From the human T2T-CHM13v2.0 reference genome, Homo sapiens: DNA of 64,000 nt. The DNA lies in assembly GCA_009914755.4 (NCBI GenBank), contig CP086569.2, positions 21,728,001 through 21,792,000 of the forward strand, in the 5' to 3' direction. Position numbers and translations under genes: made by a program. Shown here in pieces: positions 1 through 19,936 of this stretch (position 1 is the first letter of the stretch; each line of letters starts with the position of its first letter). The notes below the pieces were generated by a model. That model did no database searches. It worked only from the letters and a program-made list of their open reading frames with translations, and was not told where the DNA came from.

Positions 1-480
1 TTGTTAATTTTGGCTTTTGTTGCCATTGCTTTTGGTGTTTTAGATATGAAGTCCTTGCCCACGCCCTATGTCCTGAATGGTATTGCCTACATTTTCTTCT
101 AGGATTTTTATGGTTTTAGGTCTAACATGTAACTCTTTAATCCATCTTGAATTAATTTTTCTATAAGGTGTAAGGAAGGGATCCAGTTTCAGCTTTCTAC
201 ATATGGCTAGCCAGTTTTCCCAGCACCATTCATTAAACAGATTATCCTTTCCCCATTGCTTGTTTTTCTCAGGTTGGTCAAAAATCAGATAGTTGTAGAT
301 ATGCTGCATTATTTCTGAGGGATCTGTTCTGTTGCATGTGTCTATGTCTCTGTTTTGGTACCAGTACCATGCTGTTTTGGTTACTGTAGCCTTGCAGTAT
401 AGTTTGAAGTCAGGTAGCATGATGCCTCCAGCTTGGTTCTTTTGGCTTAGGATTGACTTGGCAATGTGGGCTCTTTTTTA

Positions 481-789
<309 letters not shown>

Positions 790-1376
790 TTATTGGTGTA
801 TAAGAATGCTTGTGATTTTCGCACATTGATTTTGTATCCTGAGAATTTGATGAAGTTGCTTATCAGTTTAAGGAGATTTTGGGCTGAGACAATGGGGTTT
901 TCTAGATATACAATCATGTTGTCTGCAAACAGGGACAATTTGACTTCCTCCTTTCCTAATTGAATGCCCTTTATTTCCTTCTCCTGCCTGATTGCCCTGG
1001 GCAAAACTTCCAACCTCTGTTTAGTAGGAGTGGTGAGAGAGGGCATCCCTGTCTTGTGCCAGTTTTTGAAGGGAATGCTTCCAGTTTTTGCCCATTCAGT
1101 ATGATATTGACTGTGGGTTTGTCATAGATAGCTCTTATTATTTTGAGATATGTCCCGTGAATACCTAATTTATTGAGAGTTTTTAGCATGAAGCGTTGTT
1201 GAATTTTGTCAAAGGACTTTTCTGCATCTGTTGAGTTAATCATGTGGTTTTGTCTTTGGTTCTGTTTATATACTGGATTACGTTTATTGATTTTTGTATG
1301 TTGAACCAGCCTTGAATCACAGGGATGAAGCCCACTTGATCATGGTGGATAAGTTTTTGAAGTGTTGCTGGATTCA

Positions 1377-1799
<423 letters not shown>

Positions 1800-2865
1800 T
1801 TATATTTCTCTGGGATCGGTGGTGATATCCCCTTTGTCATTCTTTATTGCGTCTATTTGATTCTTCTCTCTTTTCTTCTTTATTAGTCTTGCTAGCGGTC
1901 TATCAATTTTGTTGATCTTTTCAAAAAGGCAGCTCCCGGATTCATTGATTGTTTGAAGGGTTTTTTGTGTCTGTATTTCCTTCAGTTCTACTCTGATCTT
2001 AGTTATTTCTTGCCTTCTGCTAGCTTTTGAATGTGTTTGCTCTTGCTTCTCTAGTTCTTTTAATTGTGATGCTAGGGTGTCAATTTTAGATCTTTCCTGA
2101 TTTCTCTTGTGGGTACTTAGTGCTGTGAATTTCCCTCTACACACTGCTTTAAATGTGTCCCAGAGATTCTGGTATGTTGTGTCTTTGTTCTCGTTGGTTT
2201 CAAGAACATCTTTATTTTTGCCTTCATTTTGTTATGTACCCAGTAGTCATTCAGGAGCAGGTTTTTCAGTTTCCATGTAGTTGAATGGTTTTGAGTGAGA
2301 TTCTTAATCCTGAGTTCTATTTTGATTGCACTGTGGTCTGAGAGATCGTTTGTTATAATTTCTGTTCTTTTCATTTGCTGAGGAGTGTTTTACTTTGAAC
2401 TTTGTGGTCAATTTTGTAATAGGTGTAGTGTGGTGCTGAAAAGAATGTATATTCTGTTGATTTGGGGTGGAGGCTTCTGTAGATGTCTATTAGGTCTGCT
2501 TGGTGCACACCTGAGTTCAATTCCTGGATATCCTTTTTAACTTTCTGTCTCATTGATTTGCCTAATGTTGAGAGTGGGGTGTTAAATTCTCCCATTATTA
2601 TTGTGTGGGAGTCTAAGTCTCTTTGTAGGCCACTAAGGACTTGCTTTATGAATCTGGGTGCTTCTGTATGGGTTGCATATATATTTAGGATAGCTACCTC
2701 TTCTTGTTGAATTGATCCCTTTACCATTATATAATGGCCTTCTTTGTCTCTTTTGATCTTTGTTGGTTTAAAGTCTGTTTTATAAGGGACTAGGATTGCA
2801 ACCCCTGCCTTTTTTTGTTTTCCATTTGCTTGGTAGATCTTCCTCCATCCCTTTATTTTGAGCCG

Positions 2866-3477
2866 TGTGTGTCTCTGCACATGAGATGAGTCTCCTGAAT
2901 AGAGCAAACTGACGGGTCTTGACTCTTTACCTAGTTTGCTAGTCTGTGTCTTTTAATAGGAGCATTTAACCCATTTACCTTTTAGGTTAATATTGTTATG
3001 TGTGAATTTGATCCTGTCGTTATGATGTTAGCTGGTTATTTTGCTCATTAGTTGATGCAGTTTCTTCCTAGCATCAATGGTCTTTACAGTTTGGCATGTT
3101 TTTACACTGGCTGGTACTGGTAGTTCCTTTATATGTTTAGTGCTTCCTTCAGGAGCTCTTGTAGGGTTTGAGCCTATGTGTGTCTCTGCACATGAGATGA
3201 GTCTCCTGAATACAGCACACTGACGGATCTTGACTCTTTACCCAGTTTGCTAGTCTGTGTCTTTTAATAGGAGCATTTAACCCATTTACGTTTTAGGTTA
3301 ATATTGTTATGTGGGAATCTGATCCTGTCATTATGATGTTAGCTGGTTATTTTGCTCATTAGTTGATGCAGTTTCTTCCTAACATCAATGGTCTTTACGG
3401 TTTGGCATGCTTTTACAGTGGCTGGTACTGGTAGTTCCTTTATATGTTTAGTGCTTCCTTCAGGAGCTCTTGTAGGG
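2866..3477. repeat. ~311-bp tandem duplication (2 copies, about 2866-3176 and 3177-3477) inside L1 #1, spanning ORF1 C-terminus / inter-ORF spacer / ORF2 start
   Basis: Direct comparison: gtgtgtctctgcacatgagatgagtctcctgaata...ttcaggagctcttgtaggg occurs twice in tandem at ~95% identity. The copy junction joins ORF2 codons (...DTHRLK) to ORF1 C-terminal codons (LQELLKEALN). Confidence 0.85.
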
Positions 3478-4141
3478 CAGGCCTTGCCCTGACAGAATCT
3501 CCTAGCATTTGCTTGTCTGTAAAGGATTTTATTTCCTCTTCACTTTTGAAGCTTAGTTTGGCTGGATATGAAATTCTGGGTTGAAAATTCTTTTCTTTAA
3601 GAATGTTGAATATTGGCCCCCACTCTCTTCTGGCTTGTAGGGTTTCTGCCGAGAGATCTGCTGTTAGTCTGATGGGCTTCCCTTTGAGGGTAACCTGACC
3701 TTTCTCTCTGCCTGCCCGTAACGTTTTTTCCTTCATTTCAACTTTGGTTAATCTGACAATTATGTGTCTTGGAGTTGCTCTTCTCGAGGAGTATCTTTGT
3801 GGCATTCTCTGTATTTCCTGAATTTGAATGTTGGCCTTTCTTGCTAGATTGGGGAAGTTCTCCTGGATAATATCCTGCAGAGTGTTTTCCAACTTGGTTC
3901 CATTCTCCCCGTCACTTTCAGGTATACCAATGAGATGTAGATTTGGTCTTTTCACATAGTCCCATATTTTTTGGAGGCTTTGTTTATTTCTTTTTATTCT
4001 TTTTTCTCTAAACTTCTCTTCATGCTTCATTTCATTCATTTTGTCTTCCATCGCTGATGCCTTTTCTTGCAGTTGATCGCATTGGTTACTGAGGCTTATG
4101 AATTCATCACATAGTTCTCGTGCCTTGGTTTTTAGCTCCAT
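3440..4141 (-). pseudogene. L1 ORF1p remnant; C-terminal ~2/3 open, N-terminus disrupted
   Basis: 233-aa ORF with strong identity to L1 ORF1p (RRM and C-terminal domain: ...LIGIPESDGENGTKLENTLQDIIQENFPNLARKANIQIQEIQRMPQRYSSRRATPRHIIVRLTKVEMKEK...). Confidence 0.85.
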
Positions 4142-7100
4142 CAGGACCTTTAAGGACTTCTCTGCATTGATTATTCTGGTTAGCCATTCATCTATTTTTT
4201 TTTCAAAGTTTTTAACTTCTTTGCTGTTGGGTCAAACTTCCTCCTTTAGCTCAGACTAGTTTGATCTTCTGAAGCCTTCTTCTCTCAGCTCATCAAAGTC
4301 ATTCTCTATCCAGCTTTGTTCCATTGCTGGTGAGGAGCTGCATTTCTTTGGAGGAGGAGAGGCACTCTGATTTTTAGAGTTTCCTGTTTTTCTGCTCTGT
4401 TTTTTTCCCATCTTTGTGGTTTTATCTACCTTTGGTCTTTCATGATGGTGACGTACAGTTGGGTTTTTGGTGTGGATGTCCTTTCTGTTTGTTAGTTTTC
4501 CTTCTAACAGTCAAGACCCTCAGCTGCAGGTCTGTTTGAGTTTACTGGAGGTCCACTCTAGACCCTGTTTGCTTGGGTATCAGCACTGGTGGCTGTAGAA
4601 CAGCAGATATTGGCAAACCACAAATGCTGCTGCCTGATCGCTCCTCTGGAAGTTTTGTCACAGAGGAGTACCCAGCCGTGTGAGGTGTCAGTCCACCCCT
4701 ACCAGGGGGTGCCTCCCAGTTAGGCTACTTGGGGGTCAAGGACTCACTTGTGGAGGCAGTCTGCCCATTCTCATATCTCAAGCTGCGTGCTGGGAGAACA
4801 ACTACTCTCTTCAATGCTGCCAGACAGGGACATTTAAGTCTGCAGAGGTTTCTGCTGTCTTTTGTTTGTCTGTGCCCTGTCCCCAGAGGTGGAGCCTTCA
4901 GAGGCAGGTAGGTCTCCATGAGCCGTGGTGGGCTCCACCCAGTTCGAGCTTCCTGGCCACTTTGTTTACCTACTCAAGCCTGAGCAATGGCAGGCACCCC
5001 TTCCCCAGTCTCAGTGCCACCTTGCAGTTTGATCTCAGACTGCTGTGCTAGCAGTGAGTGAGGCTCCACAGGCATAGAACCTGCTGAGCCAGGTGCGGGA
5101 TATAATCTGCTGGTGTGCCATTTGATAAGCCCATTGGAAAAGCACCGTATTAGGGTGGGAGTGACCCAATTTTCCAGGTGCCATCTGTCACCCCTTTCTT
5201 TGACTAGTAAAGGGAATTCCCTGACCCCTTGTGCTTCCTCACCCTGCTTTGGCTTACACACGATGCACTGCAGACAGTGTCCTGCACCCACTCTCCAGCA
5301 CTCCCCAGCGAGGAGAACCTGGTACCTCAGTTGGAAATGCAGAAATCACCTGTCTTCTGCATCACTCACAGTAGGAGCTGTAGACTGGAGCTGTTCCTAT
5401 TCAGCCATCTTGGCTCCACCGAGATGAGAGCATTATTTTCAATGGCATTTCCTGAGTCCTATGAAGTCTTTCTTCTAGTTCCATCCACACACTCCTCTGG
5501 AGACCTGAGGACAAATAGTGACAGATTAGATTAATTTATTCAATTAGAGATTTAGTCCATGTAGAGCAGTTCTGCTGTACATATTTGTATGCATTCTTTC
5601 TTTGTTAAGTTTTAAATATTAAGACCACAAGTATTTGTTAATTTTTTATTCCCTTAGAATACTTATAGTTATAAGGAAATATATATCAATATTTTAAAAT
5701 CTTTCTTTAAATATTGAACTCTCAATGCTAGAGCCAGATTCTGTTGCTTGAGTTCAAAAGCATCTTTTTCTATTATTAAACTAACATGAGTTTTTGTATA
5801 ACCTTTGTTAATTGATTCATGAATTGTTTGTTCTGTCTGCTTTACAAGCTCTATGAGAAAATTCATTCTTTACCCTCATGTAGAAAACATTTTCCAGACG
5901 TATTGCAGCTTGAACTTTCACTGAACAAGAACTCTCAGGCTTAAGTATTAAATTGTAGACATGGGGTGTGGATAATACCGTCATAGCTATGGAGAAAGTG
6001 GTAATGGTGTCACTGTGTTTGGAGGTGAAGGGCATATTAGACATCTCTCAACCTCATGTCTTGTTGAATACTGTGCACAGTTTTCTGCCTATATTAACTG
6101 GGACCAACAGTTAGTAGTCAGGCAAGAAGGAGGATCAAAGGGAGCTAGATAGAAACAGGTGAATATGAATGAAGATCTGGAAGTAAATTAAAACAATATA
6201 TGAGAAAATAAGAAAGAACAGAAAGATAATTTCTCATTACATTGTGCTTTTATTTCTTTTTAATGAACTCATCTTTTACCTAATGCTACTTAATCTTGGT
6301 AATGCTGCCAGGTGTGTGGTGGATGCTCAAGGGGTAGTCAGATTTTCTCATGTCTGGTAGCCAAGGAGAGGAACTATGTCATGGAGAAAATTGGAAGTGG
6401 GTACAGATAACCCTGTGCTCTGTGCTGAATCTGTGCTGAATCTCTGAAATCGGCAAAACCAGTAGGCAAAACATAGGCAGTTATGGGGAACTACATGTTT
6501 ACATACATCTTCACCTAAGCTGATTTGTCTTGATCTTGAAGAGGATTAAAAGGGAAAACATTTTATAGCTTCTCAATTTTGATCCACTTAAATGTTTTCC
6601 TCTCTCTCTGGTAAATCTTGCAAAGTAACCTAGGAGACTAGGAAACTTGGACAGCTATCTCAAATTTACTTCTCCCAGTGTACAGACTGAATCTAGGGGT
6701 TTTCTCCATGGGTTACTTTGTTTGCTTGGTGTAGGGGCTTTGTAGTTAAAGAGGACCATTAGCCTTACCATGTGCTCATGTTTCTTTCTTTATTCTGCAT
6801 CCCAAGTGACTGTCACAGCCTCAGTTCATGTTCTGGAATGTTGGGGTGATAATGTTGCCTCTAGATTCGCTTGTATGTGGGTGACACTGAAGCCAGATAA
6901 CTCCTACTTTGCCATTTTGCTGACATCACTGTCCTGTTTTGTCCTTTGTATTAGGGCCATGCTGTTATAAGTGTGGAAAGGAGGTCACTTTCCACCACAT
7001 ACTACTGCATACACTAGTGGTGCTGCCATCATTGAAGTGCGTAGGCTCCCTGTCATTCACTCGTCAATTCACAGGGGCCTGCCCATGTACCAGGGTTGTT

Positions 7101-8129
7101 TGAAAAAACAGATGCTGCCACTTGTTTCTCTGTTTATGATCAGGGGATTGAAAAAAGGGAAAGGCACATCCTTCTATCATTGGAAACACTATTTTCCCCA
7201 TTGGCCTCTTCCTACAGATATAGTTTATATTTTACTAAGGCATTAGTGTTATTATTGACTATCTGCTGAAGAAGTATGAGACCCAGGGTATAACAGAAAA
7301 CTGGGTGCACAGCAGCAATAAAGCATGTTCCTAAAGTGCCTTATTCTCTGTGTGGGCCCTGTATGAAGAAAAGAGCTGCCTTTCTAATACATTGTAATGA
7401 GTCATGGCATTCAGGTGACTATGTATGCAGAAAGTCATTGGTAGCAAGAATAGGTTATTTTTTACTCCATGGGCTCCAGGGTGTGCAATTGATGGCAGCA
7501 AGGTTCCTCAACACCAAACTCAAAAGTCAGTGGGAGCAGGATACTTAGGCTGAGGTAATAAAACCTCAGATAATGGGTTCAGGGACATAATTCGAGAAAA
7601 GTCACAATGTCATCCTGGGAAACACAATCTTTTTATGCTGGGACCTCTCCATAGCTGCAGAACAGTTCAAAAGTTCTGAACATTTGTCACTGCAATTTCA
7701 GGACAATTTTTAAAGCAATATCAAGAAACAGCATTATGTAGTGGCAGAAAGTAGCATAATAGAATACTGGCAAGCAGCAGGGAAACTAGAGAGGCAGACA
7801 GCAGTCTTCCAACCTAGTTTTCTGTATGATAAGTAGCTATGCAAAATGCATGAATCTTTCCTTATCTAAGAATCATTTGGGATTAATATTTCTAATTGTA
7901 TGAGATTACTATTTATGAGATAGTGTAAAAAGTCTGATAGCAAGGGCAGTTGAACAGTTTGTCATGAAGCTATGGTTAAAGAATGGCTCTGCAGATGTAT
8001 TTCTTGTTCATCTTGGTCAGGCTTGGCCAGGACTAGGCAGCAATCAACTGGTGTTTTCCTATTACTTTCCATACAATAACCTACATACATTTATTTGAAA
8101 TAAATACATTTTCTAAAACCATACAAGCT

Positions 8130-8505
8130 ATGAAACCTGGATCATGAAGATATAGAAACCTGAATGGACCAATAATGGAGACATTGAATTAGAAATAAAA
8201 ACCTATCATTCAAGAAAAGTCTGGGATGAAGTGGCCTCATTTAGAAATAAACTTTAACAAGTGAAGTAAAAGAGATTTATACAGAAAATTATAAAATATT
8301 TATTAAAAGTTAAAAACAAAAGTAAAGAAAATACTTTTTGTGTTCACAATTTGGAAGACAATACTGCAAAAATGCCCCTACTATGCAAAACAACCTAAAG
8401 ATTTTATCCTGGAACTTTCAAAATCTCAAGGACCTTTTAAACATAAAATTAGAAAAAATAAAAATAAAAACACTGATGTAGACTAAGAAAGGAAACCAGA
8501 TATCA
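8130..8505 (+). mobile_element. Ancient L1 (L1M-type) ORF2 fragment, upstream half, interrupted by GAPDH pseudogene
   Basis: Translation ...IYTENYKIFIKS.KQK.RKYFLCSQFGRQYCKNAPTMQNNLKILSWNFQNLKDLLNIKLEKIKIKTLM.TKKGNQIS parallels L1 ORF2 ...[59 protein letters not shown]...KKNKAGGIT with many stops. Confidence 0.5.
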
Positions 8506-9785
<1,280 letters not shown>

Positions 9786-10573
9786 GACACCAGGTGGCCA
9801 AAAAAAATCCTGAGAAAGAAGAAAATGCTGTAGATATCACATTTGCTGATTTCAAAATGAACACAAGCTATAGTAATCAAAGTGGCTTCGATAGGCATGA
9901 AAACACACATAGTGACCCATGAAATGAACATATTCACTAGAAATGACCTATATATGTACAATAAATCTTTGAAAAGGGAGGCAAAACTTTAAAATGTGAA
10001 AAGAAAATTCTCTTTAACAGAGAATATTCAGAAGTGAATCCACATACTAAAGAGTTATATATACATGCTAAAGGAGGGAACCATGTCATTATCTTACCCC
10101 ATCCTAAAAATAAAATTAGAATGTATTGGTAACTTAAACATAAGACCTGAAATAAAAAGGCTTCTAGAGAAAGGCTTAGGAGAAAAGTTTCTAGCCACTG
10201 ACTTTGAAAATAATTTATTAAATATGTTACAGAAGTGTAGTCATAAGAAACAAAAATAAACATTTTAGGCTATGTCAAATTGATAAGCTTCTTGACAGCA
10301 AAAATACCAATCAGCAAACTGAAAATATAACCTATAGAATCAGAGCAGCAAACCCAATATCTGATAAGTTGTTAATATCCCAAATACCAAAGGGACTCGT
10401 ATACCTAAATAGGATAATAAAAGCCAAACAGTTGTTTGATTTTTTTGTAGGCAGTTTTAAAACCACCTACAATTAAGGAGATATTATAATGGGGCAATAT
10501 TTTGAGTAGACATTTATTCAAAGACACACAGTTGACCAAAAAGTATGTGGAAAAGTTCTCAACATCACCAACT

Positions 10574-10607
<34 letters not shown>

Positions 10608-10700
10608 GTAAATTAAAACCACCATGAGTGGTTAAGACCATAGGGGAACACATAAAGATTTATAGGGCTTTCAGTTACTGTAAGTGCCTGCAAAGGTGAG
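9786..10700 (+). mobile_element. Ancient L1 (L1M-type) ORF2 3' portion, continuation of the fragment at 8130-8505
   Basis: Degenerate translation matches L1M ORF2: PHPKNKIRMYW.LKHKT.NKK (~[21 protein letters not shown]), KINILGYVKLISFLTAKIPISKLKI.PIESEQ (~[32 protein letters not shown]), QYLISC.YPKYQRDSYT (~HISDKGLISKIYKELLQ). Confidence 0.5.
10577..10605. repeat. A29 mononucleotide run
   Basis: Direct reading: 29 consecutive A. Confidence 0.95.
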
Positions 10701-11863
10701 GATCTTTTGTCGGTGGGTAAGAAGGTTGAATTTCAAAAATGGCCAGTCCATTCTGAATGTATTTGGGGCCATGAACATGCATGGCTCTATTCCATATCTA
10801 CCTGTGCCTTACAGAATGAAGACATTGTGATTGGTCAGAGGGGCAAGTGGCTTAACCAGATTGTGGGGGTTTGGTTGGTTGGCATATATGTTAGTGGAGG
10901 TTGGTTGACTTCCAAGAAACCTCCATCAGCAGCTCGTTGTGCTGCATTACTAGATTCAGTATAGGGTCTCAAGGACTCTTGGAAGTTTCCAACAAGTTCT
11001 AGTCCAGTTGGATTTCTCAAACCTGCCTGGGTCAGCCCCATCTCCTGCCTCTTTGGCCATTGCTCAACTCTACACACAGAGCCATGCCCTTGGGGTAATC
11101 AAGAACTTATTCTAGGACTTCAGTCTCTCTCCCTACATTAAGCACCCAAAGTAGTGGCTGAAAGGGGTAATAAAGTAACATCTTACAATTCTGTACTGCC
11201 TGAATGAGGACCAGAGGCCTTTGGAAAACATGACTCCTGGGTGTCTCTTATCTGATAATTAATTAGCTGCCCCTATATGGTTTCTAGCTCCCAGAGTATC
11301 TGGCTTCCTCTGAGAAGTGAAAAATGAATGTTTTGGGGTCGTTTTATTTCATCTTCAGAGTCCAATTTGAGTCCTTTACTACACCTCAATCCATAACCAT
11401 TACTACCTCCCCTGCCTGTCCAATCTTACCTGCTCTCATGTCAAAAATACCACAGCCACTGCAGATGGCTTCAGAACTTCCCTGCCTTATTTTTTAGAAA
11501 AATTCTCCACTCTATATGCCCTGATTAGGAGACTGACTGCTGGGATCTTCTTATTATTTTATTTATTTATTTTTTATTTTTTTAACTTTTTATTTTGAAA
11601 TAGAGATTCACAGGAAGTTACAAAGGTAATACAGAGATCATCCATGTTTCCTTCACCTACTTTTCCCCTATAATTACATCTTAAAGTATGAGAAGCAGGA
11701 ATTTGATATTGATGACATATGTTTGTGTAGTTCAGTGTATTTTATCAAATATGCAGATTTATGTGACCGCTACTGTAAAGAGCTATTCCATCACCACAAA
11801 TATCACCCTTATGCCACCTCTTAACAGTCATACCTCTCTCCCTCCCCCAATAATTTCCTTTTT

Positions 11864-15530
<3,667 letters not shown>

Positions 15531-15678
15531 ACCCTTATTATTATTTGAAAAATAAAAGAACTTACTCTGGGAAAAAAAAAAAGGCCAGTTACCACAAATG
15601 GTAATGGTAGCTTGGGCTGAACTGGGTTAACACAGCAATGTCCTAGGGCTCTCTGTCTTAGAAGGGACTCAATAAAGG

Positions 15679-15715
15679 GTGTGTGTGTGTCTGTGTGTGT
15701 TTGTGTGTGTGTTTC
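15679..15715. repeat. (GT)n-rich microsatellite, interrupted
   Basis: gtgtgtgtgtctgtgtgtgtttgtgtgtgtgtttctctgt. Confidence 0.9.
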
Positions 15716-16422
15716 TCTGTTTGGCTTCATTTCTCTCCTTTCTGCATGACTTTCACTGTTTGTTTATTTTGATTGCACATTAGTTCTGCTTGAAAGTCAG
15801 TGCATGGAGCTAGCTCAAGTGTCCTGGGGATTCACTGTGCCATATTTGCATAAGACTAGGGTATGTGCAGAGTGTGTAATGGAGTTCAGTTGTAATGACC
15901 TTTTGTTTTCTTATCCTAGTTTAACTCAAAAACCATCACCCTAATATTTAAGTACTGGCTCCATTTCCTGTCTATTTCATGGAAAGACCATTAATTTCAT
16001 TGAGGTAGCAGCCCAGATCTAGTAAGTAAGGGGGTCTAATCTGGTATACATTAGAATAGTAACTGGCAATTTGGACTTTGTGTCATGGGTGAAAATTTCC
16101 AGCTTCTCTAGGTGGTGGGCAGAAGACTCACTTCCTTTGAACTCCACCCCCTCCAGAACACGCTTCTCCCATCCCAATGAGGACACTCTTTCGGAAACTT
16201 CCTTTAACCTTAAATAGAAGAGAGTCTTTCTTGATGGGGATGTTCAGGAAATGGAGCCAGTGCTCACATATTAAGGTGCTGGTTCTTGGGTTAAACCAGG
16301 CTAAGACAGCACCACATGAGGATGGGCTCAGGAAATAGCTCTGACAGGTCTCTAGTATTTTTTTCTGGTCCCTTGTTTGCAAATGCCTAGAGGGAGATCT
16401 CATTGGCCACCACAGTATGTTT

Positions 16423-16490
16423 GGGTGTGTGTGTGTGCGCGCATGTGTTCACACGCACGCATATCCCCCTGTGGGTTTGTGTGTATTCAT
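16423..16490. repeat. GT/GC-rich imperfect simple repeat
   Basis: tgggtgtgtgtgtgtgcgcgcatgtgttcacacgcacgcat...gtttgtgtgtattc. Confidence 0.8.
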
Positions 16491-18774
16491 TGCTTTGTTT
16501 TTCTCCTGTCTGCATTAAGCCTATGGACATGCTGAAGCACCTTGATGTTTACTGAAATCGGGGCAAATACACATACTTTAATACCTAAGGCCTCAATGTG
16601 TGACATTTACTCAAAAATGGTGTGTACATACTGACTGGGTGATGATGTTTAGAGACAAGAAACACTGATTTTTGTGCCCCATTGTTATTGCAAAATGACA
16701 TTTTTAAAAACTGGATAACATAGTAAGTCTGTGGAGAGATCTACTCTGCCATAGGATGAGATAGCAGCCTGTGGTTCAGAACACTGGCTTGAGTCTAAAA
16801 AATCTTAAGGCCTCCAGTTGTTGGCAGAGACAAAGAAGGTAGAATGCATTTGTCTGAGGGTCATAGTTGGGGGTTTTACTTACTCCTACATAGTCCTGGA
16901 TTTGTGTGAACCTTTTAGTGTGTAGTGCTAGGTGTTCTTTCTCCTGTGCCACAGGAAGGTCTAGGGAGCTGCTAAAGGGTGTGGGGACAGAGGGTCAGAT
17001 GATGTTTGCAGAGAGTCTTACGGTTGCCTGTGGCAAAACAAAAGAGACTTAAATTCTTGATGGTGGGAAGGACAACAAAAGCCTATACAACCTGTTATTC
17101 TTAATCTGTCTCTTATCCTAATCCAGACATGGCTTAACACCCTTAGCTAGAGATTGCAAAGGAGACTGTGCCTGTGTGTGTTTGTGTGCCCTTGCATATT
17201 GGCAGATTCATATTGGTACCCCAAGCATCCATGCCTTTAGTTGCAGTTTCATTAAGCTCAGGTCCATTCTCATGCTAAAGAGTCTCTAAACTGCCTTAAG
17301 CTTCCTAGTGCATGCATGTGCAATTTGCTCCTCTTGTCTGGTTTGCCTTGGTAATTCTTGCTCCATTCTGCCAACTGATTCAGAACTAACTTATTAGCCA
17401 TTATTTATAGAAGTTTAATTAGAAGTGAATCAGACAAAATGGAGACTTGAAACGGGTCAAGACTATTTTTAAGAGACATTATTGTTTCAGAAAACTTGTG
17501 AATGTACAGCAAAATTGAGGGCAGAATACAGAGAGTTTCCATATGCCCTCAGTTCCTATACACTCTCAGATGCCCCCACTAACAACATCCTACACCAGAG
17601 TAGAAAATGTATTACAATCAGTGAACTTATATTGACACAGTAATATCACATGGAATTCAGAGTTTACCTTAGGATTTACTCTTGTAAACGTTTGGAGAAA
17701 TGTATAATTGCAATGAAACAAATGATTATTATGTCAGCTATTTTAATATTATGCAGCATATTTTTACTACCATAATAATCCTGTGTTCTACCTATGTATT
17801 TTTTCTTTATTTCCCCTAATCACCAGAAATCACTAATCTTTACAATTTCTTTGTAGATTTGCCTTTCTCTCAATGTCATCTACTGGGAATAATGTAGTAG
17901 ATAACTTTCAGAATTGCTTCTTTCAGTTATTAATATGCATTCAAGATTTCTCTTTGTCTTTTCATGGCTCAATAGGTAATTTCTTTTCAAAGATGACCAA
18001 TATATCATTTTCCAAATATAGCAAAGTTTTATTTATCAGTTAACTTATTGAAAGACACTTTTGTTTCACTTAACTTTTGGCATCTATGAACAAAGCTGCT
18101 ATAATCACACATGCAAGTTATTGTTTAGACATCAGCTTTTATGCTATTTAAATAAAGACCAAGGTGTGCTACTGCCGGATCACATAGGAATAGTAGGTAT
18201 AGTTTTGTCCATATTAATAGAGTATTTTAGATTGTAGAAGATAACATATTAATATACTGAGAAATTAATTCTATGAAGACAGTAAAACTTGAAGATTAAG
18301 AACTACATAATCATGAGAGCTGTTAAATGATAAAATTAGACACATTGAAATATTAAGAACTTTATTTAAAGAGTCAACAACTCATGAGTCTGTTAGACCC
18401 ATATTACAAGTAGTTTAGAGACCCAAAAGAGTGAGTTAGTGAGGGTGGGCATAAACTTTTACAAGGTGAATGTTGGAGAAGGAGAAAAACATACATATAT
18501 ATTTGATTGGATAAAGTGAAACGGTGGCCTCATTGGAAATATTGCTACAGAACATTCTTCAGAGGTTCGTTGGTGGCTTCTGGTTGGTTGAGGTTAAGCT
18601 TCCCTTTATTATTTACATTGAGTCAAGTTTCACTATTTACACTGAATCAAGATTGGGTTTGTTTAAGGAGAGACTCAGGACACAGGAGCCTCCACAGCCT
18701 AATGGTTTCCCACTGATTTGATTATTTTTAACAGAGAAGATTATATTAAAAGTTAGACTGATGTCATCTAAGTC

Positions 18775-19105
<331 letters not shown>

Positions 19106-19607
19106 ATGTCATTGAAGTCTTTTATCTCAGATTTGCCTTATACCAGAAGTAAGAGGCACTTTTTTCTTACATATTAGACAGAGGAAGATAAGGTAGGTAC
19201 AGACTGTTCATATTACTTTCGGGAGCAATGGAAAAACAATTGGTTTTTGCCTGGCAAAATATATTTTTTAATAATTTGTCAAAATATTAGGTGGAAGAGG
19301 TTGAATAAAGGTTGAACATAGAAGATATTTGTTATACTTGTTGGGTTTCTGAAGAAATGGTATCACTGGAGAAACATAAATTTTTACTTATTTCTAGAAA
19401 TATTTAGGGCCAATTTGTTGTGTGGATAATTTGAACTTATGAGAATACTTTCTGACCTCTGTTTAATACTCCTCTTGTTCATCTGAGTGGTGTCCTTGAG
19501 AAAACAAAGAGTGAAGCTCATCCAGAAATGGGATTGTGTCAGATAAAGGGAGAGCAGCAAGTGAGCGTCTAATGTGTTAATGAAAATTTGACTTCTGAAG
19601 TGGTTGA

Positions 19608-19936
<329 letters not shown>

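Noticed and set aside
4680-5534. Plus-strand ORFs (123, 104, 101 aa) antisense to the L1 5'UTR, reminiscent of the primate L1 antisense 'ORF0'
   Set aside because: I cannot recall the ORF0 peptide well enough to match it. GC-rich L1 5'UTRs routinely give spurious open frames on both strands. These ORFs overlap one another in different frames and the element is an old, mutated copy.
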